64,000 bases of DNA from Nannocystales bacterium (GCA_050633305.1 JBOEGF010000023.1:223809-287808); one strand, 5' to 3'. Numbered from the stretch's first letter, positions 1 to 10,410 are shown. The notes: a model not told the origin generated them from the sequence alone. Program-made: numbers and translations.

Positions 1-1198
1 CGATGTTGTGCTCGGGTGACCCCGTCGAGTCGGTGTGGCCGCTGATCTCGACGGTCACCTTCGAATACTTGGCCAGGACCGCGACGACGGCATCGAGGTT
101 CTTCCTGGATGTGGTGCGCAGCCGGGCACTGTCGATCTGGAAGTTGACGCCCTCGAGGGTGCCTTCGAAAGCCCCCAGATCATCCGGCATCGCATCCGGG
201 CATCCATCGGCATCCTCGAACGCGTTGAAGGTCTCGGGCTCCTGCGGACAGGCGTCCTGACCGTCGTCGATCCCGTCTCCGTCGGTGTCCGCAGCCGGAC
301 AACCATCGGGTTCCGGCCCTTTCTCGGTCGGGCATGCGTCGGCGTCGCCCAAAACGTTGTCGCCATCGGGATCGGGGTCGGGGCATCCGTCGGGAGCGAC
401 CCCAACCTCGAGCGGGCACGCATCTTCGTCGTCGAAGAAGCCGTCCCAGTCCTCGTCCGAACGTGGAGTTCGTATTGGCTCGACCGCTGCTGTTGGAGGC
501 GCGGGTCGGGGTTCCGACCGCGGTGGACGTCGGGTCCAGCCGATCCCGAGAAGAATCTCGGGGCTGTTGGTACCGCCGCCGGTTGCCCCTTGCTGGGGGC
601 TGATCACGTCGCGCACTTCGAGGCGAAGCGTCAGCGACCGCGTGACATGGGCCGCAACCCCTCCACCGAGGTGGAACGCGAGGTCAGCGTCATCGCCGAC
701 CGCCCCGACGCCGCTTCGGACCCCAAGTACGCCCGCACCCGCGAGGACGAACGGCGTCACGCTCCAGCGTGGGATTTGCCCGATGACGTGGCCGCGAAAC
801 GCCCAAAGCGTCGCCCTCTCGTCGCCTTCGACCTGACCCAGGCCAAGGGCTCCCTCGGCCTCGAGACCCAAGAAGTCCAGCGGGAAGTAGCCGATGCGAG
901 CGCCGAACTCCGGAGCGACGGCGCGATACGGCTTGAAACCTTGATCGGCCAGCGTGTCATCGATTTCGAACAACTCGATGTCGCGCGCAGGAAACAGCAC
1001 GCCGCCGAACACACCGAGGTGGAACATGTTGCGCCGCGGTGCATACCGGTGGAGCCACGGGCCCACTTCGGCGTTTGGCTCGGCAGTTGGCTCGGCGTTT
1101 GGCTCGGCAGCAGCCGACGCCCCCAACGACACCTCGGCGCCCTCGGCTTCAGGCGCCGCCAGGAGCCACACAAGCGCCACTGAACACGATACCAACAC
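1..1198 (-). CDS. OmpA-family outer membrane protein (beta-barrel + TSP3-like repeats + OmpA C-terminal domain), truncated at window edge
   Basis: Not in the ORF track because it has no stop in the window. Manual translation gives a signal peptide, barrel-like strands (TPFVLAGAGV, LRLEVRD), DxDxDG..D.CP repeats and the OmpA motif VEISGHTDSTG. Start is GTG 1198 or TTG 1237. Confidence 0.85.
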   Translation of the reverse strand, partial: MLVSCSVALVWLLAAPEAEGAEVSLGASAAAEPNAEPTAEPNAEVGPWLHRYAPRRNMFHLGVFGGVLFPARDIELFEIDDTLADQGFKPYRAVAPEFGARIGYFPLDFLGLEAEGALGLGQVEGDERATLWAFRGHVIGQIPRWSVTPFVLAGAGVLGVRSGVGAVGDDADLAFHLGGGVAAHVTRSLTLRLEVRDVISPQQGATGGGTNSPEILLGIGWTRRPPRSEPRPAPPTAAVEPIRTPRSDEDWDGFFDDEDACPLEVGVAPDGCPDPDPDGDNVLGDADACPTEKGPEPDGCPAADTDGDGIDDGQDACPQEPETFNAFEDADGCPDAMPDDLGAFEGTLEGVNFQIDSARLRTTSRKNLDAVVAVLAKYSKVTVEISGHTDSTGSPEHNI

Positions 1199-1277
1199 GA
1201 TCGTGTCCAGCGTCCCAAGCCGACGCGTACCAGTCAAATAACCGCGCCCCACAAACGGAGCACGGGTGCTCGGGTGC

Positions 1278-2432
1278 TCAGCTGAGCTTGGCCGCCGCCA
1301 GCTCCGCCAGCGCGCTGCCTACGTCGCAGCACTTCGCCGCGCGATCTGGGCCGACAAGGTCCACGGTCAGCGGAGCGCCCGCCTCGAGCAGTTCGACAAC
1401 GGCCTTGTCGATGGCATCCGCTGCCTTCGCAAGCTTGTCGTCGCCTTTGCGCCCCGCAAGCCAATCGAGACCCTCTTTCACCGAGATCACCGTGGCAATC
1501 GGGTTGAGCCGGTCCTTGCCCGCGTCCGAAGGGGAGCTGCCGTGAATCGGCTCGAACATCCCGTGCTCGGTGCCAACGTTGGCGCTGGCGGCCATCCCCA
1601 TCCCACCCTGCAACACGGAGGCAAGATCCGTGACGATGTCCCCGAACATGTTGGTCGTGACGCACACGTCGTAGCGTTCGGGCTCACAGACCAACCACTG
1701 CGTGAACGCGTCGACGATCGCGGTCTCCTTCTCGATCTCGGGGAACTCCTCACCGATCTTGAAGAAGATGTCGCGGAACAGGTGGTCACCGTTGAGGACG
1801 TTGTCCTTGAGGATCGCCGTGACGCGGAGCTTCCCGTCCCGCGGCGCGCCCGTGTTCCGGCGTTTGCACAGCTCGAACGCGTGGCGGATCACCTGCTCGG
1901 ACCCTCGTCGCGTGATGACACGGGTGTCCATCGCGACCTCGGTCGTGCCCCCTGGAGACAGCTTTCCGCCCATGCCAGCGTACAGTCCCTCGGTGTTCTC
2001 GCGAACGATCACCATGTCCACCTGCCCCGGTGTCCACACCTGCTTGTGCTGGCCGTGCACGCGGTGCTGCACGCCCTTGTAGAGTTTGACCGGACGAACG
2101 TTGGCGAAGAGGTCCAGGTTGGTACGGTTGCCGATCACGGCGGAGTACCCGGCCATCTTCCCGTTTGCCATCGTCACGGGACCCTTGCTCTTGGGGTCAG
2201 GCCACCCGACCGCACCGAGGAGAATCATGTCCGCGGCCTTGCACTTGGCTTCCGATCCCTCGGGCCAGTCACGGGACCCGTGCTCCAAGTAGAACTGCCC
2301 CCCACACGGGATGTCCTCGACGTTCCACTCGATGCCCAGCGGTTTGCTGACGGCTTCGAGCACGCGGAGACCTTGGGCCATTACTTCGGGACCGATGCCA
2401 TCCCCGCCGAGTGTCACGACGTTGTACGCCAT
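1278..2432 (-). CDS. Isocitrate/isopropylmalate dehydrogenase family protein
   Basis: [36 protein letters not shown] and MFEPIHGS motifs. Confidence 0.93.
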   Translation of the reverse strand: MAYNVVTLGGDGIGPEVMAQGLRVLEAVSKPLGIEWNVEDIPCGGQFYLEHGSRDWPEGSEAKCKAADMILLGAVGWPDPKSKGPVTMANGKMAGYSAVIGNRTNLDLFANVRPVKLYKGVQHRVHGQHKQVWTPGQVDMVIVRENTEGLYAGMGGKLSPGGTTEVAMDTRVITRRGSEQVIRHAFELCKRRNTGAPRDGKLRVTAILKDNVLNGDHLFRDIFFKIGEEFPEIEKETAIVDAFTQWLVCEPERYDVCVTTNMFGDIVTDLASVLQGGMGMAASANVGTEHGMFEPIHGSSPSDAGKDRLNPIATVISVKEGLDWLAGRKGDDKLAKAADAIDKAVVELLEAGAPLTVDLVGPDRAAKCCDVGSALAELAAAKLS

Positions 2433-2563
2433 TGCGGTTGGTGTACCGCAGCGCCCGGCCGCGCCGTGTTGCGGTTTCTCACCGGCTTCTCAGCCGCGCC
2501 ACCGCGGCGATGGCGGGCACGTGCGGGGGAGTTGGTGCGCGCGCCTTCTTCAAGGCGTCGCGG

Positions 2564-3814
2564 CTACGCCCAGAGCGCAGCAAGCTTGTCGTGCTGCGCC
2601 GCCGCGTCGCGATACCCCAGCTCGATCAGCTCGTGCACGTAGTCGGGGTCGAACAACACGTAGCTCGCCAGGTCGCTCTCGGCCAAGTCGTCCGCATCCT
2701 CCGTCATTCGGCGCAGCCACCGGGCCATCATGCCGCTGTAGGACTTGAGCCGCGTCCGCTGCATCACCTCGTGGGCCACCTCTCCAAGATCCCGGCTAGG
2801 CTGAATCAGCACCAGCTCTATCTCTCGGTACGGGCGCCCTTCCCGACCCCGGATGCCCTCGGCGATCTTCCGAGAGAACTCCGGACCGTAGATCTTCGTG
2901 CCCGCGCGAATGAGCTCGTTCGTTCGCTCGATGCGAGCGAGGTCGGCCTCGAGCTTGTCGAGCAGCAACGCGTTGAGCATCTTGCCGAGCATGAACACCG
3001 CGTTCGGGTAGATCGTGCTCGCCTCTTCGCGGGCCCTCTCCTGAGCGGTCTCCGTCTCCTTGTCGTGTCGAAGACCCACCACCAGCAACCGCTCTGCCCC
3101 CAAGTGCATCGCGGGACGAATCGGCGTGTTTTGCCGAAGGCTCCCGTCGACGTAGAGCTGGTCACCGACCCGAACGGCGGGAAAGAGCACCGGGATCGCG
3201 GCTGAGGCGAGCGTGTGCGCCGCCGTGATCGCGGTCGGAACGATCTCCTGGCCGGGCAAACGTGGCCACTCGCCGACCGCTCCGTCTCGAGTCTGCACGA
3301 ACACCGTCGTCACACCCGTGGCCAACTCCGTAGCGCTGCATGCGAACGCGTGGAGATGACACCGGTGAAGGTTCTCCGTGATGCCCTCCCACGGGATGAG
3401 CTCCCGGACCACCTTCTGCATCAGTTGGGCGTCGACAAGTCCGCCCACCGTCGAGCCGTGCGTCAGCTTGGGGAGGTCGCGGCCGAACAACACCTGCGGC
3501 AACGTCCGCATCTGCTCCCAGCCGAACCGGTACACTTCGTCGAGCTTGATCTCATTCCAGACGCGGGCCAACGCCCGACCCTGCGCCCGAGGCCGGTCGC
3601 AGGTCGCCGCGATGTAGCTTCCGTTGATCGCACCGACGCTGCTGCCCGTGATCACATGAAACGGCGTGGGGCCGGGGAGCTGCTCTCGCACGTAGCGAAG
3701 CACGCCGACCTCATACGCTCCCCGCGCGCCGCCGCCAGAGAGGACAAGTCCGACCCTGGCAGCTTCGCCGTGAGTCCTAGAATCCAACTTCGAAGCAGTC
3801 GCAGGCGCTGCCAT
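2564..3814 (-). CDS. Patatin-like phospholipase
   Basis: LSGGGARGAY, GSSVG nucleophile elbow, ASAAIP and YVDGS motifs. Confidence 0.92.
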   Translation of the reverse strand: MAAPATASKLDSRTHGEAARVGLVLSGGGARGAYEVGVLRYVREQLPGPTPFHVITGSSVGAINGSYIAATCDRPRAQGRALARVWNEIKLDEVYRFGWEQMRTLPQVLFGRDLPKLTHGSTVGGLVDAQLMQKVVRELIPWEGITENLHRCHLHAFACSATELATGVTTVFVQTRDGAVGEWPRLPGQEIVPTAITAAHTLASAAIPVLFPAVRVGDQLYVDGSLRQNTPIRPAMHLGAERLLVVGLRHDKETETAQERAREEASTIYPNAVFMLGKMLNALLLDKLEADLARIERTNELIRAGTKIYGPEFSRKIAEGIRGREGRPYREIELVLIQPSRDLGEVAHEVMQRTRLKSYSGMMARWLRRMTEDADDLAESDLASYVLFDPDYVHELIELGYRDAAAQHDKLAALWA

Positions 3815-4523
3815 CGTCGCCGCAGTCGGCTGGGGGTGCCGCGTGGGAGTCGAGGATGCTGAGCGGCGCGCCGCTGACGATGCGCCCCGGATCCTGGGCG
3901 TACTGGGTCATCCGTCCCTCGATCACCGTAGGGGAGCCCCCCGAAGCAGCGATCGCCGCCGCGTCTTCGTTGGAGAGGAACGGGATCTCGAGCTCCATCG
4001 TGCCCTGGACCGGCGAGCCGTCGCCGTAGGTCGGGTCGATCGTCAGCGTGACCGGGTTGGTGTACTGGCACTGTCCAGCCGCGAACTGCCCAAACGCATC
4101 CTCGGGACACGCGCTTGCCGAGTCGACGTTGAGCCACAGAGCCGCGTACGCGGAACAGGTACTGCCCGTGCAGCTCCACGAGTGTTTGAACTCAAACCGC
4201 GTGACATCCAGGCACGGGTGCAGACAGGGGTTCATGTAGATCGGGAACGGCTCTCCGGCGGCCGTCTCCGTGACCGTGCAAACTTGCCCGCGGAAGAACG
4301 GGATGTCCTTCCCGGTGAAGTTGGCCTGCGCCGGCGACTCAGTCGCGTCGGTCGGGAGATCGACGAGTTCGCAGATGGCCTCGTCGGTGTTGCACATCTC
4401 TCCGCGCGGGCACGGCGACCCCTCAGAGCATTCCCCAGCGTCCACCGCCGGACCACAGCTTGCAGCAAGAAAGGCCGTCGACAGCAGGCCGGTGAGGATC
4501 CAGAGGCGTTTTTGGAGTTCCAT
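3777..4523 (-). CDS. Cys-rich hypothetical lipoprotein
   Basis: MELQKRLW...FLAASC lipobox, many Cys residues, GC3-biased frame. Confidence 0.75.
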   Translation of the reverse strand: MELQKRLWILTGLLSTAFLAASCGPAVDAGECSEGSPCPRGEMCNTDEAICELVDLPTDATESPAQANFTGKDIPFFRGQVCTVTETAAGEPFPIYMNPCLHPCLDVTRFEFKHSWSCTGSTCSAYAALWLNVDSASACPEDAFGQFAAGQCQYTNPVTLTIDPTYGDGSPVQGTMELEIPFLSNEDAAAIAASGGSPTVIEGRMTQYAQDPGRIVSGAPLSILDSHAAPPADCGDDGSACDCFEVGF

Positions 4524-4733
4524 GTGCTGTTCTCCCGCTGCCCCGAGTGTACGCGAATCCACAAAAAGCTGCCGGTTTTCGCGCCCCAACGATCCTTCAT
4601 GGAGCATGCCGTCGGATCCTCACGGGTTTTCTTTTGCCCCCAAAACGACCCTGTGGCAGGGTCACTGAATATCCGGGTCGTGATCGAGCCGCCGTCTTCC
4701 TCGCGCGGCCAAACCTGGAGAAGGGTCCTACTA

Positions 4734-5468
4734 ATGCTCCGTAACAAGCTTTCCTTCATCCTTGCTTCCAGCCTCAGCCTTGCCTTCGTCGGTTGCGACG
4801 ACGGCGACAGCGACGACACCGGCGCAGGCGCGACCGACTCCGCCGGCACCGACACGGCTGACACCGCCGACACGGCTGACACCGCCGACACGGCCGACAC
4901 CGCGGATACCGCGGACACCGCCGACACCGCCGACACCGCCGACACCGCGGACACGGCCGACACCGCGGACACGGCCGACACCGCGGACACGGCCGACACC
5001 GACGACACGTCCGACGATAGCAGCACCACCGACGACACCTCCTCGGATCCCTGCGGAGGAGAATGCACCCCGGATCAAACCTGCCTGGGCGGCGTCTGCG
5101 TCGACGACGGCGGCGAGACCGAAGGCGAGACCGATACCGGAGCGGGCGAGTGCAGCGCAGCTGTCATGTTCCCCGCACCTGCATGTGGCGAGTGTGCTGA
5201 AGACGCTTGCTGCGATGGTCTGACCGGCTGCTTCGGTGACATCAACAAAGTCACCGAGCCCACCGCTTGCGGGCTGTTGAATGACTGCATCGGAGCCGAA
5301 CTGGGGAACGCCGCATCGGAATTCAAGCCGTGCATTGCGCCCGCGACCGCGGCTGACGTTCAAGCATGTGCAGACGCAGCTTGCCCAGACACCGCCTCGG
5401 AAACGGCCGTCTGGCTCGCGATGAACCAGTGCATCGCGATGAACTGCCAAGCGCAGTGCTCCGGCTAG
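4734..5468 (+). CDS. Cys-rich lipoprotein with (DTA)16 linker
   Basis: GGAG upstream of ATG, LAFVGC lipobox, acidic repeat stalk, Cys-rich C-terminus, followed by a terminator. Confidence 0.8.
   Translation: MLRNKLSFILASSLSLAFVGCDDGDSDDTGAGATDSAGTDTADTADTADTADTADTADTADTADTADTADTADTADTADTADTADTADTDDTSDDSSTTDDTSSDPCGGECTPDQTCLGGVCVDDGGETEGETDTGAGECSAAVMFPAPACGECAEDACCDGLTGCFGDINKVTEPTACGLLNDCIGAELGNAASEFKPCIAPATAADVQACADAACPDTASETAVWLAMNQCIAMNCQAQCSG
4851..4994 (+). repeat. 16 tandem 9-bp units GAYACSGCN encoding (Asp-Thr-Ala)16
   Basis: Counted directly; variation is only at synonymous positions. Confidence 0.95.
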
Positions 5469-5494
5469 AGGCCACCGAGCGGAGAACCTTCGCG

Positions 5495-5540
5495 TAAGAG
5501 CAAGAGGGGTCGCTGAGTCCAGCGACCCCTCTTGCTTTTA
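5495..5540. terminator. Intrinsic terminator between convergent genes
   Basis: Perfect 17-bp stem AGCAAGAGGGGTCGCTG / CAGCGACCCCTCTTGCT with a 4-nt loop, followed by TTT. Confidence 0.85.
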
Positions 5541-5615
5541 ACGACTCGTGTCCGAACGCGCCCTGATCCCTAAACCAGGATCAGGGCTCCATCGAGACTT
5601 CGCCGGACAGTCGTT

Positions 5616-6698
5616 CTACTGCTCGACACAGTAGAACGACGGCCAAGAGCCGACCAAGCCTACGTCGCCCGTCCCCGTATCGCAGGTCGTCGTTGGCCCC
5701 CGAAGAAACTCGGTCGACGACTCGGAGTTCCCGAACGCGAGCGTCTGGCCGGACGCGTTCGACGACCAACCGTTGCAGGTGTTGTTCAACGCTGGCGTCC
5801 AGTCGTTGTTCAGCCCGGTCGGCCTCACGAATGTGAAGCAGAACACCCCGTTGGGAAAGTCTGGGATGCAAGGCTCCGCGACGGGGTTTGTCAGCGGCTC
5901 TGGAGCGCCGTCTCGGACGCCCAGCAAAGGCGTGGCGTCGGTCGTCCAGATCGGCGTCCCATCGACCCGGACGTAGGCCGTATACGGTGCCAGAGGCCAG
6001 TCGATCAGATCGTCCGCTGTATAGGGCGAGTTTGCGGTCGCCTGTCGGACGCCCGGAACCCCAAACAGAGCGCGGTGCCCGGGCTGGCACTGCCCGTCTG
6101 CGAGACCAACCGGGTTGGGCTGATAGTTGCCCCCATTTGTCGCGGAGCTGCCCCGAATCACCTTTTCCTCGATGACCGTCGAGCAGTCGGGAGCGCAAGC
6201 GCCGACCTCCAAGATGTTGTCCCCCTCCCCGTCGTCACAGAACTCATCGGGTCCGATGTTGCCGTCTCCGCAGACGTTGAGGTTGCAGTCCGGAAGACAC
6301 CCCTGATCGAGCCCGTTGTTCTCGAGGCCGTCGTCGCACTCCTCGCCGGCGTCCACGTGTCCATCTCCGCAAAACGGGTCATCTCCGCCCGACGTCGGAT
6401 CCATGGTGTCGACCGTCGTCGGCCCACTCATTGTCGGGTTTTCGGTTGTCGGCTCATCCGTCGTTGGACTGGTGGTCGGCTCGCCGGTCGTTGTCCCACT
6501 CGTTGGGGTGACGGTGGTCATTCCTCCGGTCGGTTCGGCCGTAGTCACCGACGCGGTCCCTTCGCCCTCGGCCTCTGCGGTACTCCCCTCGGCCGCTGCA
6601 TCCGTATCCGTGTCGATGTCGAGCCCACCATCGGGTGCAAAACACCCGGCGAAGATCAACGATGCGGCGGCGAACGAAAGCGATTGTTCTAGTCTCAT
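5616..6698 (-). CDS. Lipoprotein with myxococcal Cys-rich repeats (DUF4215-like) and a DUF1554-like C-terminal domain
   Basis: IFAGC lipobox, Thr-rich stalk, CGDGHVDAGEECDDG and CGDGNIGPDEFCDDG repeats, ADGQC...WPL...TCNGW...YCVEQ. Confidence 0.8.
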   Translation of the reverse strand: MRLEQSLSFAAASLIFAGCFAPDGGLDIDTDTDAAAEGSTAEAEGEGTASVTTAEPTGGMTTVTPTSGTTTGEPTTSPTTDEPTTENPTMSGPTTVDTMDPTSGGDDPFCGDGHVDAGEECDDGLENNGLDQGCLPDCNLNVCGDGNIGPDEFCDDGEGDNILEVGACAPDCSTVIEEKVIRGSSATNGGNYQPNPVGLADGQCQPGHRALFGVPGVRQATANSPYTADDLIDWPLAPYTAYVRVDGTPIWTTDATPLLGVRDGAPEPLTNPVAEPCIPDFPNGVFCFTFVRPTGLNNDWTPALNNTCNGWSSNASGQTLAFGNSESSTEFLRGPTTTCDTGTGDVGLVGSWPSFYCVEQ

Positions 6699-6861
6699 AT
6701 GCAACCCTGCCTCCGCAGGGTAGCGGCGGCGGTTGCGAGGGCCAACGGGTGCCCGGGTCGACGGACAGGGGGTGGCGGGTGTCGTGGCCACCTCAACTCC
6801 TGTTGCCAGGTGCCTGGACAGGCCCCGGGCGAAAAATGCCGTGATTCCCACGCCCGACGAG

Positions 6862-6878
6862 TTGGCACGCCGCTGGCA
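6862..6878 (+). promoter_or_regulatory. Putative sigma54 -24/-12 promoter (copy 1)
   Basis: TTGGCACGCCGCTGGCA has GG-N10-GC spacing with a perfect TGGCACG. Confidence 0.65.
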
Positions 6879-6888
6879 AACTTCGTTG

Positions 6889-6980
6889 GTCGTCCAGGCA
6901 ACTGGGCAACCCGACTCCAATCCTCCAATCCGTTCTAGCTTCGGCCGGCACCTAATCCTGGGTGTCGGTCGAAGCTTTTT
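6889..6980 (+). ncRNA. Candidate sigma54-dependent small RNA, paralog 1
   Basis: Starts about 12 nt after the -12 element. GUCCAG-GCAA-CUGGGC hairpin, CU-rich linker, 15-bp stem followed by TTTTT. About 90% identical to 10948-11032. Confidence 0.6.
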
Positions 6981-9411
6981 GGTTCGTCGTACGCGGCTTG
7001 CCGGACTTGGTTGCCGCGGCGAGGAGCTCGCCGGCCCACGACTCCAACACGTCCTGGCTCGCCGCGGCCACCAAACCGGCCTGGGTATACAGCTCTCGCG
7101 CTCGCGAGGCGGCGGCCTCGGCTTTTCTGCGCTCGTCGGTGCCCCTCGGGCAACGGATCGGGGGAGCGCCGCAGAGTGCGAGCGCGAGGCTTTCGTGCGC
7201 GGACCCGAGTTCGAGCGGGCCGGCACCGATCGAGCGATAGATGTCGATCGCATCCTCGGCAAAACCCCGCGCTTCGGAGAACCGGCCCTGACCGATCGAG
7301 ATTCGACTTCGCGCGGCGGCAGTTTCGGCGGTCGTCGAGTTCTTCCGCCCGAGGACCTCGAGTGCGAGCTCGTGCGCTCTGCGGGCAGCATCGTTGGCAA
7401 GCTTCCACTGCCCCAACGCTTCGTGGCTCTGAGCGATGTAGTTCAGCGTGCGAGCGACGGACGGATGCTCCGAACCCAACGCGGACTCCCGGATCACCAG
7501 CGCCCGGTTTTGCTGACGTAGCGCCCCATCGTAGTCGCCCGCGTAGATCAGAGCGGTGCTGAGGTTCTCGCGGGCATGGGCAACTTCGGGATGCTCCGGA
7601 CCCCACGCGGCCTCGAAGCTCTGCACGCCCAACCGATACGACGCGATCGCTCCCTCGAGGTCACCGCGACGCCACTGGACGATGGCCCGGTTCTGCACGG
7701 CCATGGCGAACCTCGGGTGCTCGGTGCCCAAGGACAACTCGAGCAATCGAACCGCTTCGTCCAACGCCTCGGCCGCAGGCTCGACCGCTCCATGGCGAAG
7801 GTGGGCAGCGCCGAGGTCCGCGAGCATCCGACCGGTTCGAGGGTCACCCGGGCCCCAGAGCTCGCGAGCCTGATGCAGCGCCAGCGACAGCGTCGCGACC
7901 GCCTGCTGCGAGTCACCGCGGAGAACCTCGATGTTGCCTTTCTGACCGAGAATCGCGACCTGTAGGGCCGCATCCGCATCGTCGATCTCAGCCTCTGAGA
8001 TATGGCGCGCAGCCTCGTCCAGCGAGCCCAAGACTCGCGCGGTGCGTGATGCGGCAAGAGCCCATCGCGCCTGCGCCCCTCGACTCTCGACACGGGAGCG
8101 GAGTGCTCGAGCGTGACGCAGCCAGATCTGCGCCCGTGCACCCCGTCGTAGCGCACAGAAAGCGTCGACGAGCGCCAATGCGGAGTCAAATTCGAGTTCG
8201 GGGCGTCCTTGGCTCCGGGCGATCGCGTACGCGTCCTCGAGATCGGACAACGCCGCCTCGTGGTCATCGAGTCGCGACAACAGACGCCCACGAAGTGCGA
8301 GACCCTCGGCAAGGCCGACCTGGTCCCCGAGTTTCTGCGCGGCCACCACCGCCTGCCGCGCGAGCACCTTGGCGTCCCGGACGGCCCCCGCGCCCACCTT
8401 CTGTCTCGACGCGGCGAGCAGCACAGACACCGACGGAGCAGCCCCGAGATCCGGCTTGGGCTCCGTCGCCGCACGTGCAGAGATGTCCGTCCCCGAGGGC
8501 CAAGCCAAAGCTCCCGCGAAGGCAGCCACCCCCCCGGCGACCCACCACCGGCCACGGGTCGGCGTCCGCTCCAGCGCGCGGAGTACGGCTTCCATTGTTC
8601 GGGGACGCTGCCGAGGCTCCTGCTCCACCCCGGCACGCAAGACCTTCCGCCACCTCCGAGGCACGGAGGCGAGCAACGCATCGAGCTCTTCGACCGAGCA
8701 AGCGGGGCCATGACTTGGGACGGGCGCTCGCTGGCTGATGCATTCCAACACCGTCACGCAGAAGCCGAACACATCGGCACGCTCGTCGACGGTTTCCCCC
8801 GCGGCCTGCTCGGGCGCGACGTACCCCGGCGTACCGCCAGCCGCGGTGGAACTCGTGCCCGTCTCTTCGGTCCGCGACGTTGGAGCTGCCAACGCCTTGC
8901 CGAGCCCGAAGTCCAACACCACGGGCCAACCACCGGGGTCGACGATGATGTTCGCGGGTTTGATGTCGCGATGCAGGACGCCCGCTTCGTGTGCAGCGGC
9001 GATCCCCCGTCCGGCCCGCAACAGCACCTCCATGCGCGCGTGGTTCGTCAACGAGCTGCGGGTCCACTGGCCCACCGTCAGCCCCTCGAGCAACGGCATC
9101 ACGACAAACACGCGACCCTCGAACACGCCAACATCGAACACCCGGACGATGTTCGGGTGGTCCAGTTCCGCCAACGTTCGCGCCTCCTCGCGCAGCCTCC
9201 GCTCCTGCTCCGCCCCAACCCGGCGCAAGACTTTGATCGCCACCGCACGATCGAGCCGAGGGTCGTAGCCGCGGTAGACCAACCCCATGCCCCCACGGCC
9301 GATCTGGCCCTGTAGCTCGTAGGGACCGATCCGTGTCGGCGTGCCGCCGAGCAGCCCGTGCCGAACCTGCTCTTTCCAACGACGCGCCTCGAAGTCGTCG
9401 CCCCCGGTCAC
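6952..9411 (-). CDS. Ser/Thr protein kinase with TM segment and TPR repeats
   Basis: GRGGMG, VAIK, HRDIKPAN, DFG and GTPGYVAPE motifs; kinesin-light-chain-like TPRs (LGxEHP). Confidence 0.95.
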   Translation of the reverse strand: MTGGDDFEARRWKEQVRHGLLGGTPTRIGPYELQGQIGRGGMGLVYRGYDPRLDRAVAIKVLRRVGAEQERRLREEARTLAELDHPNIVRVFDVGVFEGRVFVVMPLLEGLTVGQWTRSSLTNHARMEVLLRAGRGIAAAHEAGVLHRDIKPANIIVDPGGWPVVLDFGLGKALAAPTSRTEETGTSSTAAGGTPGYVAPEQAAGETVDERADVFGFCVTVLECISQRAPVPSHGPACSVEELDALLASVPRRWRKVLRAGVEQEPRQRPRTMEAVLRALERTPTRGRWWVAGGVAAFAGALAWPSGTDISARAATEPKPDLGAAPSVSVLLAASRQKVGAGAVRDAKVLARQAVVAAQKLGDQVGLAEGLALRGRLLSRLDDHEAALSDLEDAYAIARSQGRPELEFDSALALVDAFCALRRGARAQIWLRHARALRSRVESRGAQARWALAASRTARVLGSLDEAARHISEAEIDDADAALQVAILGQKGNIEVLRGDSQQAVATLSLALHQARELWGPGDPRTGRMLADLGAAHLRHGAVEPAAEALDEAVRLLELSLGTEHPRFAMAVQNRAIVQWRRGDLEGAIASYRLGVQSFEAAWGPEHPEVAHARENLSTALIYAGDYDGALRQQNRALVIRESALGSEHPSVARTLNYIAQSHEALGQWKLANDAARRAHELALEVLGRKNSTTAETAAARSRISIGQGRFSEARGFAEDAIDIYRSIGAGPLELGSAHESLALALCGAPPIRCPRGTDERRKAEAAASRARELYTQAGLVAAASQDVLESWAGELLAAATKSGKPRTTNQKASTDTQD

Positions 9412-9492
9412 GGTGCGCAGAGTACGGCCGCGACCCGCAAAAGAAACACGAAAAAAATGTGATCGATCGATGTCCTCGCGCAGTGAACGAGG

Positions 9493-9774
9493 GTGATGAA
9501 CAAGACCACCGTAGTCATCACAGCGTTCGCGTCGCTCCTAGGCCTCGCCGCCGCGTGCGGCGTCCCCTGCGACATGCTGGAGGACAACATCTGCGAGGAG
9601 TTGGGCGAAGAAGACTGCAAAGCGTGGAAGGCCTCAGGCGCTCCCGAAGCATTGCGTTCCGGCCGACGCGCGACGAAGGGATGCCTCAACGCGCTGTCGG
9701 GACCAGCCTTCGACGCCCACGTGCTCGGCGCGCGGGCGCAAGCCGAGGCGCACAGGCTGACCGAGGGCTCGTGA
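9493..9774 (+). CDS. Small Cys-containing lipoprotein
   Basis: LAAAC lipobox; GAGG-preceded start; lies 12 nt upstream of the ECF gene. Confidence 0.65.
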   Translation: MMNKTTVVITAFASLLGLAAACGVPCDMLEDNICEELGEEDCKAWKASGAPEALRSGRRATKGCLNALSGPAFDAHVLGARAQAEAHRLTEGS

Positions 9775-9786
9775 TAGCCTGCGAGG

Positions 9787-10389
9787 GTGAGCTCTGATGT
9801 CGAGATGCTCGCAGCGTGGCGCCAGGGAGACCGCGGCGCTGCGGATGCACTGCTCGAGCGGCACTTTGCGTCGTTGTGCCGCTTCTTCCGCAACAAGGTC
9901 GACATCGGGGTGGAAGACCTCATCCAGCGAACACTGCTCACGTGCGTGGAGCGTCGCGATCGGATCCCCGACGGCTGGTGTTTTCGGACGTTCCTGTTCG
10001 TGGTCGCCCGCGACCAGCTCTACATGCACTACCGCGCCCAGCGGCGTAGCTTCAATGCCACGCAAACATCAGTGGCTGACCTCAGCCCCTCGCCGAGCAC
10101 CATCGTCGCCAAACGCCAGGAACACGCGCTGGTTCTCCAAGCGCTGCGCGAGCTCCCGATGCAGACCCAGGTCCTGCTCGAGCTGCGGTACTGGGAAGGC
10201 ATGACGGGGCCGCAGCTCGCCAGGATCCTCAGCATCTCCGAGGGGACGGTTCGAAGCCGTCTTCGCCTCGCCAAGGAGCGCCTCTTTGGCTCGCTGTCGA
10301 AAGCAGCGCGCATCCGCGGACTCGTCGTCGACGCGGACAACGACTTCGAGGCTTGGGCTCGAGATGTCCAGGCCACCATCGCTGGTTGA
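9787..10389 (+). CDS. ECF RNA polymerase sigma-70 factor
   Basis: Region 2 (VEDLIQRT, FRTFLFVVAR) and region 4 (LRELP...LRYWEG...SEGTVRSRL). Confidence 0.93.
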   Translation: MSSDVEMLAAWRQGDRGAADALLERHFASLCRFFRNKVDIGVEDLIQRTLLTCVERRDRIPDGWCFRTFLFVVARDQLYMHYRAQRRSFNATQTSVADLSPSPSTIVAKRQEHALVLQALRELPMQTQVLLELRYWEGMTGPQLARILSISEGTVRSRLRLAKERLFGSLSKAARIRGLVVDADNDFEAWARDVQATIAG

Positions 10390-10410
10390 GCCGGTGTATT
10401 CGTCGGCCCG

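Noticed and set aside
1069..1112. 12-bp tandem repeats
   Set aside because: They encode an AEPN/AEPT linker within the OmpA gene.
1..1198. OmpA/TSP3 protein as TraB of the TraAB kin-recognition system
   Set aside because: The architecture is similar, but the upstream gene is a dehydrogenase, not traA, and this architecture is common in myxobacteria.
4851..4994. Possible CRISPR array
   Set aside because: The units are 9-bp in-frame coding repeats with no spacers and no cas genes nearby.
6905..6935. Minus-strand GGA-rich CsrA-sponge RNA
   Set aside because: The GGA motifs are not in hairpin loops, and the promoter, U-tract and G.U pairs all point to the + strand.
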